From a virus: DNA of 64,000 bases. Numbering within the stretch: position 1 is the stretch's first letter; each line of letters begins with the position of its first letter. Positions 55,656 to 62,559 of the stretch are shown here, piece by piece. The position numbers and the translations under genes were made by a program. The notes under the pieces were generated by a model. The model did not search any database. It saw nothing but the letters and a program-made list of their open reading frames with translations, and was not told the origin of the DNA. The stretch lies in IMG/VR virus record IMGVR_UViG_3300023174_000080, positions 32,001 to 96,000 of that record. One strand, given 5' to 3'.

Positions 55656-56474
55656 ATGTTAACTTTTAAACACAATAAAAAAAGAAATACTGCTTTTCTA
55701 TATGAAACATTGATGCGCGAAGGCACAAAAGCATCCTTAGAAAAGGATTTCGATAGATTGAAGATTGTAAAAGACATAATTGTTGAATATTTTCACCCAT
55801 CCAGTATATTAGGATATGAATTATCTTTATATAAGTCTCTTTTAACTCCAGAAGTTGAACCAAGTATGGCAGACAAATATTTAACTGAAGTAAAAAATAG
55901 ACACTATCAGTTAAATAAAGAATTTTTATTCAATGAACAGACAAAATTAATTAATAAAATTAATAAAGCTTTAGGGGCTTCCGTTTATAGTAACTTTGTT
56001 CCATATTATAAAGATTTAGCCACTATTTCACAAATATTTAACGATAGTACTCCTGTAAAAGAAAAAATATTACTTGAACAAGCAATTGTTAGTCAATTTG
56101 TAACTAATAATACAGAAAGTAATACTTTAAAACATATTGATAATATCGTTTATACAACTTTCGTTAAAAAATTTAATGAAAAATATTCTTCATTATTAAA
56201 TGAACAAAAAGAATTGCTAACTAAATATGTAAGTTCTTTTGCTGATGAAGGTTTAGAATTAAAAGTTTATTTAAATGAAGAAATAACAAGATTAAATACT
56301 AAAATTAATTCTGCTTTGCAATTAGAAGAAATTAAAAACGATGTAAGAATGTTTGAAAAAACAAATAAACTACTTAACGTATTAAATGAATTTAAAAAAA
56401 CAAAAGAATTATCAGCACCAATGTTAGAAAATCTTTTAAAAATTCAACAATTCGTTAAAGAGGTAGAATCATAA
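55656..56474 (+). CDS. Conserved hypothetical head-cluster protein
   Basis: 'KHNKKRNTAFLYETL' start, helical, directly after the portal. Confidence 0.65.
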   Translation: MLTFKHNKKRNTAFLYETLMREGTKASLEKDFDRLKIVKDIIVEYFHPSSILGYELSLYKSLLTPEVEPSMADKYLTEVKNRHYQLNKEFLFNEQTKLINKINKALGASVYSNFVPYYKDLATISQIFNDSTPVKEKILLEQAIVSQFVTNNTESNTLKHIDNIVYTTFVKKFNEKYSSLLNEQKELLTKYVSSFADEGLELKVYLNEEITRLNTKINSALQLEEIKNDVRMFEKTNKLLNVLNEFKKTKELSAPMLENLLKIQQFVKEVES

Positions 56475-56475
56475 A

Positions 56476-56997
56476 ATGATTACTTTAACAATAAAAACTA
56501 CTGAAGGATTGGAAAAGAAAGTTAATATCCGTAAAACACTTTCCGGCGATTTTTTAATGCGCGAACACCCAGAAATAGATATTATTGTTATGCCAGAAAA
56601 AGCTAAAGTTTTAGTTTTAGCAAAAGATGAACAAACAGAAAACGTTTATAAACTTCAAGAACGTTTATTTAAATACATGGTTCAAAGAGGAGTTGTGTTA
56701 CCGGAGAGTGTTAATTCCGGTAATGTATATGGCTCATTAGAAGGTAAATTCACTGCTCAACCTCCCGGTGGCGAGAATGCTTCGCAAGTGGTTATATATA
56801 ATTTAGCTAATTTTATTGAAGAAGAAATGCCAAAATACAAATCTGAAAAGAACTTTGAAGACAAAATGGAAAAGAACTTACTCAAACCAGACGTGGAAGA
56901 TTCTACAGAAATTGGAGAAGTTCCTCAAGAACCATTCAAAGGATCTATTCCAAAGTATGGTTTCCCAACTCGCGGCATTTATCGCTACAATTATTAG
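56476..56997 (+). CDS. Hypothetical head-cluster protein
   Basis: GAGG RBS, 173 aa, acidic C-terminus 'DSTEIGEVPQ..KGSI'. Confidence 0.6.
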   Translation: MITLTIKTTEGLEKKVNIRKTLSGDFLMREHPEIDIIVMPEKAKVLVLAKDEQTENVYKLQERLFKYMVQRGVVLPESVNSGNVYGSLEGKFTAQPPGGENASQVVIYNLANFIEEEMPKYKSEKNFEDKMEKNLLKPDVEDSTEIGEVPQEPFKGSIPKYGFPTRGIYRYNY

Positions 56998-57008
56998 GAT
57001 TATATCAA

Positions 57009-58799
57009 ATGTTATTTACAGAATCGGAAATTAAAAAAATGATTCAAGAAGAAATTTTAAAAGAAAATATATTAAAAAATGTTTTCAACAAGCTTTTTAA
57101 TAGACCTGAAAAAATTTCCGCAAAAGATATAATTGTCAAAGATGATTCTGGATATATTGATCCAGATGTCACTTCCGAAACAAGAAAAGCTTTTGAAACA
57201 ATAAATTTATTAGTTTCTCAAGGAATGCCTAGAGAAGAAGCTTTTCGACAAATAATTTCTAAAGAATTAAAAGACATTAAAAAACTAGCTGGTTTAGAAA
57301 TATCTCCAATAGATGCAGAAAAAACATCTAAACAAATACGAGATTATCAAGCCACTGGGAGGAAAAGTGAAATTTCAAAAGCTCGTAGAAATGCTAGAAA
57401 CGAAAAAGATAAAAAAAGAAAAGCTAACTTTTTAGCTTCTAAAATAGCACAAAGAGCAATGGAAGAAATTCCAACGGAAATAACACCAAAAGATTTTATT
57501 AAGGAAACCTTCAAGATGAAACTTACAAATGATATTTTAAGAGAAATTATATTAGAAGAAATAAATAAACAAAAAAAATTAGATGAAGGAGCCTTAGATG
57601 CTATAAAAGGATTTGCCGGTCATTATGCTAGTAAAGCTTCTAAAGTAGTATCTGGTGGTGTTAACGCCGCTAAATTATCTAGTATTAAAGGTGATGTATC
57701 AAAAAAACTTCAATCTTTTGAACCACAATTAACTTCAATAGCAAATACAATTAGAGATTTTAATAAGAGAGCGCAAGAAAATGGCTTCAGCTTATCTCCA
57801 GAATTAAATAATGTTCGTAAATTTGCTTTAACTGCTAATCAAGCAATTAATAACGTTTCTGAATCTCCAGATGGTGGAATTATAGCTAGCAAACAATCTT
57901 CTCAGCAAAGCGCCGAGCAACCAAATCAAGATGTTAAAAAAGAGGAAGAACCAAATAAAGGTGATAAAGCAAGCGAATCAGAACCCGGTGGAACAACTGC
58001 CGTTGGTGGAGAAACACCCGTTGGCGGAACACCATCAGGCCCAGTAAAGGCTCCTGAATCTGTGGCATCAATAAATCCCAGCGCTGATAAAGGTAAAGAA
58101 GAAAAAACTGCTCCACAACAAGCTACCAGAAAATCATTTGGTCAAGAAATTAGCGGAGAAGGACCAAAGCCTGCTTCTGCTGCTGGAGAAACTCCTGCCT
58201 CTGCACAGCCTGCTGCCTCTACTGCTCCTGCCGCTGCACAGCCTGCTGCCTCTGCTGCTGGAGAAACTACTGCCGCTGCACAGCCTGCTGCCGCTGAAGC
58301 ACCAAAACCTCCAAACATGTCAGCAGCACAGCTAATAGATAGTTCATTTAATAGTAATGATCCTGATCTAAAAGTGAAAGGATTAAGTAAGCCATTAGCT
58401 TTAAAAATTATTAATGTATTAAATAATTCAATGGAAGCAAACATACAAGAAGTAAAAGGTAAGTCAACACCGCAGCAATTAATTCAAACAGTTGCTGACC
58501 AAAGTAATTCTAAACCTTATCAAGTAAGAAGATTGTTAATGTTTTTAGCCAAACATGGAAAATTATCTTCTGATCAAGCAAAAAGATTTGGTATAGAATT
58601 ACCCTCTACAGCCGCTCAACAAACCCCCGATTCAGGACAGGGAAAATTATCTGTTGGTGCAGAATATGCAGATCCTAAAAAGCATAAAATGTATGAAGAA
58701 GAAAGCTTAAATGAAAATTTAATTTCACGTAATAAGTCTTCTAAATTATCTGATGAACAAGCAAGAAGAATGAAGGTATTAGCAGGTATTATAAAATAA
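57009..58799 (+). CDS. Probable internal head protein with low-complexity linker (second in-frame start at 57516)
   Basis: Two 'LxxxxLxxIIxEEI' leader-like segments, an Ala/Pro-rich repeat, and C-terminal 'RMKVLAGI' shared with the scaffold. Confidence 0.6.
   Translation: MLFTESEIKKMIQEEILKENILKNVFNKLFNRPEKISAKDIIVKDDSGYIDPDVTSETRKAFETINLLVSQGMPREEAFRQIISKELKDIKKLAGLEISPIDAEKTSKQIRDYQATGRKSEISKARRNARNEKDKKRKANFLASKIAQRAMEEIPTEITPKDFIKETFKMKLTNDILREIILEEINKQKKLDEGALDAIKGFAGHYASKASKVVSGGVNAAKLSSIKGDVSKKLQSFEPQLTSIANTIRDFNKRAQENGFSLSPELNNVRKFALTANQAINNVSESPDGGIIASKQSSQQSAEQPNQDVKKEEEPNKGDKASESEPGGTTAVGGETPVGGTPSGPVKAPESVASINPSADKGKEEKTAPQQATRKSFGQEISGEGPKPASAAGETPASAQPAASTAPAAAQPAASAAGETTAAAQPAAAEAPKPPNMSAAQLIDSSFNSNDPDLKVKGLSKPLALKIINVLNNSMEANIQEVKGKSTPQQLIQTVADQSNSKPYQVRRLLMFLAKHGKLSSDQAKRFGIELPSTAAQQTPDSGQGKLSVGAEYADPKKHKMYEEESLNENLISRNKSSKLSDEQARRMKVLAGIIK
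58170..58297 (+). repeat. GC-rich short tandem coding repeats (PAAxAQ / SAAGET)
   Basis: Recurring 'ctgcacagcctgctgcc' (x3) and 'tctgctgctggagaaact' (x2). Confidence 0.8.
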
Positions 58800-58800
58800 T

Positions 58801-59067
58801 ATGGATTTGTTAGCTTTTATACTAGCTTGTTATGGAATGACAATGATTTTGGTCTATGGCAAAATTTTTGATACTGTTAGACCAAAGTATCATTTTTTTA
58901 AATGCCCAATGTGTATGGGATGGTGGGTTGGATTATTTAATTGGTTTATCATGCCAATCACTTTTAATTGGTTTGCAGCAGCCTGTATAAGTTCAGGAAC
59001 TTCATATTTTATAAGTCGTCTTGTTGATGACGATGGAATATTAATAAAAATGAAGAAAAGCCAATAA
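58801..59067 (+). CDS. Small membrane protein with CxxC (DUF1360-like)
   Basis: Hydrophobic throughout, with 'FFKCPMCMGWWVG'. Confidence 0.65.
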   Translation: MDLLAFILACYGMTMILVYGKIFDTVRPKYHFFKCPMCMGWWVGLFNWFIMPITFNWFAAACISSGTSYFISRLVDDDGILIKMKKSQ

Positions 59068-59071
59068 ATAG

Positions 59072-59081
59072 ACTATTTATA
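59072..59081 (+). promoter_or_regulatory. Putative late promoter motif ACTATTTATA
   Basis: Intergenic copy upstream of the 23-aa ORF and prohead protease. Confidence 0.6.
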
Positions 59082-59101
59082 AATGATTGGAGGTGTATAA
59101 T

Positions 59102-59173
59102 ATGCAAGAACAAATCACCTATACTAGACGCTATCTTCTCCAACCTGTTCGTAGATGTTGCAGTGGTAGCTGA
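59102..59173 (+). CDS. 23-aa Cys-containing peptide (not in ORF track)
   Basis: Strong GGAGGTG RBS with good spacing; MQEQITYTRRYLLQPVRRCCSGS followed by TGA. Confidence 0.6.
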   Translation: MQEQITYTRRYLLQPVRRCCSGS

Positions 59174-59177
59174 ATTT

Positions 59178-59203
59178 AGCCCCGATGAAATATTCGGGGC
59201 TTT
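59178..59203 (+). other. GC-rich RNA hairpin (weak terminator, processing site or recoding element)
   Basis: AGCCCCGA-tgaaatat-TCGGGGCT perfect 8-bp stem with only a short T tail. Confidence 0.7.
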
Positions 59204-59220
59204 AACCTTAAAAAACTATT

Positions 59221-59832
59221 ATGTCAAAAGTATTACTTAGAGAATTTTACGAATTATGCGACGGCGGAACATGCCAAGACCTTTTAACAGAGCAAGAAAA
59301 AGCTCTTGTTAAAAGCGGCGTTCTATTTTTGACAGGTGTTATGCAAAAAGCCGATCAAGAAAATGGCAACGGGCGCGTGTATGGTAAAAAAATATTAGAA
59401 CGCGAAGTACAAAATTATCAAAAAATGATTGATGACCGCAGAGCGCTTGGAGAATTAGACCATCCAGAAGATTCTGTAGTCAATCTAAAAAATGCATCTC
59501 ATATAGTAACAAAAATGTGGTGGGATAATAACAATGTGATGGGAAAAGTAAAAGTATTGGATACACCATCAGGAAAAATACTTAAATCTCTTGTTGAAAG
59601 TGGAGTTAAATTAGGTATTTCAAGTCGTGGTCTAGGTAGCACACGTAAAGAAAGCGGCAAAACAATAGTTGAAGATGATTTTCAATTAATATGTTTTGAC
59701 TTTGTTCAAGAGCCAAGTACACCCGGAGCTTTCATGATGAATGAAGGTAAAAATCGCGTTTATGATCCAAATAAGATTTGGACAAAAGCAGACCGCTTGA
59801 ATAGATTATTAAATGAAATTGTAAAAGGATAA
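59221..59832 (+). CDS. gp21: Prohead core protease (T4 gp21-like)
   Basis: 'NGNGRVY', 'ALGELDHP', 'SHIV', 'LDTPSGKI', 'LGISSRGLGS', 'DFVQEPSTPGA'. Confidence 0.95.
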   Translation: MSKVLLREFYELCDGGTCQDLLTEQEKALVKSGVLFLTGVMQKADQENGNGRVYGKKILEREVQNYQKMIDDRRALGELDHPEDSVVNLKNASHIVTKMWWDNNNVMGKVKVLDTPSGKILKSLVESGVKLGISSRGLGSTRKESGKTIVEDDFQLICFDFVQEPSTPGAFMMNEGKNRVYDPNKIWTKADRLNRLLNEIVKG

Positions 59833-59836
59833 AGAA

Positions 59837-60256
59837 ATGTCAGAATTTCAATATAAAGCAGGAATAAACAATGTAGGAAGTTATCAAGTAAGTGGTATAC
59901 CATATGTAACTGCCTCTTTAACTGCTCCTGCTAATACTAATACACCATTAGAAATAGTTTTTCCGTCTATAACACAAAAAATATTTATTCATAATAATCA
60001 ATCTAGCGATAAACCTATTAGGATTGGTTTTAGTGCTAATGGCGTTAAGTCAAAAAATTATTATTTAATTGAAGCACATCAAACAAATGGTAAAAGCAAT
60101 GATAGGATAGAATTACGAGTAAAAACTGATAGAATTTATATTCTAAGTGATGATACTTCAAATGTAACAGATATTTTTGTAGCTGCTGAATTAACAGGCA
60201 TAAAATTAGATTATAATCTTGCCGCTGTTTATTCTGGCTCTGCTGGTATTGGATAA
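59837..60256 (+). CDS. Small beta-rich virion protein (possible head decoration)
   Basis: AAGGA RBS; 'GINNVGSYQVSGIPYVTAS' start and beta-strand pattern; lies in the head cluster. Confidence 0.55.
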   Translation: MSEFQYKAGINNVGSYQVSGIPYVTASLTAPANTNTPLEIVFPSITQKIFIHNNQSSDKPIRIGFSANGVKSKNYYLIEAHQTNGKSNDRIELRVKTDRIYILSDDTSNVTDIFVAAELTGIKLDYNLAAVYSGSAGIG

Positions 60257-60308
60257 AATTAACATTTACTTTTTTATATCTTATAATTAAACCTCTAAGC
60301 GAGGATAT

Positions 60309-60704
60309 ATGAAAAAAGAACAATTGAAGCAAATTATAAAACCTTTAATTAAAGAATGCCTTAAGGAAGTTCTCATCGAAGAGGGTTTCACAAAAATGTT
60401 GAGTGAAAGTGTAAAACCTTCAATGAAAGTTATAACTTCTAATAATATATCTCCAAAATTAAAAAATAATTTCGAAGAAATTTCTCGCCAAAAACAAAAT
60501 CAATTACAAGAAAACAAAAAAATTATATTAGATAGAATTGGTAATACGGGTTTTGATCCTTTTGCCGGAAGCGAGCCATTAAGAGAAGATAAAGAAGTTC
60601 TAACATCAAATCCCGGTATTGATATTAGTGGTTTAATCGGAGAAAATAAAACAGTTTGGAGACAAACTTTAAATGCCCTTAACGGCAAGAAAGAAAAAGA
60701 ATAG
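60309..60704 (+). CDS. Hypothetical prohead core-associated protein
   Basis: GAGGA RBS; 'MKKEQLKQIIKPLIKECLKEVLIEEG' leader-like N-terminus. Confidence 0.6.
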   Translation: MKKEQLKQIIKPLIKECLKEVLIEEGFTKMLSESVKPSMKVITSNNISPKLKNNFEEISRQKQNQLQENKKIILDRIGNTGFDPFAGSEPLREDKEVLTSNPGIDISGLIGENKTVWRQTLNALNGKKEKE

Positions 60705-60707
60705 AAC

Positions 60708-61010
60708 ATGAGTAAGCGTCCAATTAATTTAGAAACAAAATTACCAAAAGGTTTACAGCCGTCATTAGAAAATAATGAATTATTGATTAATCGTTTTTTA
60801 AAAGCATGCAGTAAAGAATCCCTTGTACAATATTTATATGACTACTCAGCCTATACAAGAAGATTTGATAAACCAAGCGTATTAGAACGCCAACGTCAAT
60901 TGAAATATAAACGTAATGCTAAAATAGCAAATTTGCAATCTTCTAAAGATCCAGAAGATAACTTAAAAAAGAAAAAACCCAAAGTTAAAAAGCAAATTAA
61001 GAAAGATTAA
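60708..61010 (+). CDS. rpsU: Divergent phage-encoded ribosomal protein bS21
   Basis: 'ELLINRFLKACSKESLV......RRFDKPSVLERQRQ' matches the bS21 pattern (ALRRFKRxCxKxG......RxxYEKPSxxRKR); basic tail; position between protease and scaffold. Confidence 0.68.
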   Translation: MSKRPINLETKLPKGLQPSLENNELLINRFLKACSKESLVQYLYDYSAYTRRFDKPSVLERQRQLKYKRNAKIANLQSSKDPEDNLKKKKPKVKKQIKKD

Positions 61011-61095
61011 TGTGTATAATATGTTGTCATTTCACATACATACATACTAATTAAGTAAAAGTATTGGGTTAATCCTGCTTACAGGAGAATTTTTA

Positions 61096-62538
61096 ATGTC
61101 AGATTTGTTACAACAAGCGATTATAGACGCTACTGCTTTAAAAGAAGCAGCAATAAAAAATGCAGAAAATACTCTTATTGAAAAATACTCACATGAATTC
61201 AAGAGTACAGTTCAAAGATTATTAGAACAAGAAGAATTAGCTTCCACAGCTGGTACGCCTGAAGCAGTTCCTCCACAAGTTGCTGCGCCAGTTCAAGCAG
61301 ATGCAAATGCCGCTCTTCCACAAGCAGATGTTGGCGCTCAACCTGTAGCAGATGCTATGCAAGCAGCACCAACAGCAGAAGTTGAGGCACAAGATCCATT
61401 ATCAAAGATACCACCATCTTTTGCTGACGCAGATGATGAAGAATTGATAACTATTAATTTCTCTGATCTTAAAAAGACACTTCAAGAAATGATGGGTGTA
61501 TCAGAACAAGAAACAATCAATGAATCATATGCAGTTGGTAATAATGATACACCTCCCGGTGCAAGCGGTGGCTCACAAGCTGTAGCGCCAGCAGCAGTTA
61601 TTGCAGAAGACGAATCGGAAAGTGCTTCTGAGGGCGACATGGAAGAATCGTTAGAATTAGATGAAGAATTTGCACTTGAAGAATTGCAATTAGATGAACA
61701 AGACGTAATACAAAATGATAATTCACTAGATGGCTTAAAGGCACAATTAACATCTTTACAACAAAAGAAAGATGGAATGATGAAAAGTAAACAAGGAGAA
61801 GTAGCTTCTTTGGATACGCAAATAAAAGAATTACAAAATAGAATAAAACAATTAGAACAAAACGCCTCTAAACAACCCACCCCAGCTGAATCTGCAACCA
61901 CATCAGCAGAATCTAGCACAGAAGCTTCTTCAATGGGAGAAGATCTTCAAATTACAGAAGAAGAATTGATGGAATTAGCAGAACAATTAAAAGTTGATAT
62001 TAATGTTGAAGGTCAAGCAAGAGGTTATATGGGTTCAACCACAAATGAAAGACGCATGCAACGTGATGCAGAATTAGCTGCTTCGCGTGATGATACGGCA
62101 ACAGAAAAGCGTGAAGAAGAAAAAGAAAAGATGGAAGACCTTATCAAAGAAAACCTCCAATTAAAAGCAGTTAATGAAGAAATGATGAATTTGATGGAAG
62201 CATTAAAGGTTCAAATTGAAAAAATGAACCTTTCTAATGCAAAATTATTGTACACGAACAAAGCATTGGTAAATATCTCCTTGAATGAGCGACAAAAGAA
62301 TCACATTGTCGAATCAATTTCCAAAGCAGGTAGTGTATTAGAGGCGAAAACAGTTTTTGAAACACTTCAAAGCACAGTGGAGAGCGTAAAGAAGGAAGAA
62401 AAAGCTCCAAAATCACTAAGCGAAGCGTTAAACAGAGCACAATCGCCATTTGTAGCAAAGAAGTCAACCGCAAATAGTATTAATGACATGCAAGCGCATC
62501 GAATGAAGCTATTAGCTGGTATTAAAACTAATAAATAA
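61096..62538 (+). CDS. Prohead core scaffolding protein (T4 gp22-like position)
   Basis: AGGAG RBS; highly acidic and coiled-coil; 'AIIDATALKEAA', 'NLSNAKLLYTNK'; immediately upstream of the capsid gene. Confidence 0.8.
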   Translation: MSDLLQQAIIDATALKEAAIKNAENTLIEKYSHEFKSTVQRLLEQEELASTAGTPEAVPPQVAAPVQADANAALPQADVGAQPVADAMQAAPTAEVEAQDPLSKIPPSFADADDEELITINFSDLKKTLQEMMGVSEQETINESYAVGNNDTPPGASGGSQAVAPAAVIAEDESESASEGDMEESLELDEEFALEELQLDEQDVIQNDNSLDGLKAQLTSLQQKKDGMMKSKQGEVASLDTQIKELQNRIKQLEQNASKQPTPAESATTSAESSTEASSMGEDLQITEEELMELAEQLKVDINVEGQARGYMGSTTNERRMQRDAELAASRDDTATEKREEEKEKMEDLIKENLQLKAVNEEMMNLMEALKVQIEKMNLSNAKLLYTNKALVNISLNERQKNHIVESISKAGSVLEAKTVFETLQSTVESVKKEEKAPKSLSEALNRAQSPFVAKKSTANSINDMQAHRMKLLAGIKTNK

Positions 62539-62559
62539 CTATCTTAAGGAGATAAATAA

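Noticed and set aside
60259-60287. TTAACA-N17-TATAAT possible sigma70 promoter before 60309
   Set aside because: The context is very AT-rich, the -35 box is imperfect, and it overlaps a late-motif-like ATAATTAAA within the head operon, so it cannot be distinguished from chance.
61011-61095. Intergenic 'cacatacatacatac' microrepeat and possible ncRNA/tRNA in the larger gaps
   Set aside because: It is only three 4-nt units, with no cloverleaf or convincing stable structure visible.
390-62473. The other short minus-strand and alternate-frame ORFs (e.g. 28609..29169, 49953..50537, 54975..55283, 58138..58335, 61482..61919)
   Set aside because: They lie within or opposite well-supported + strand genes, often over low-complexity regions, and show no recognisable motif.
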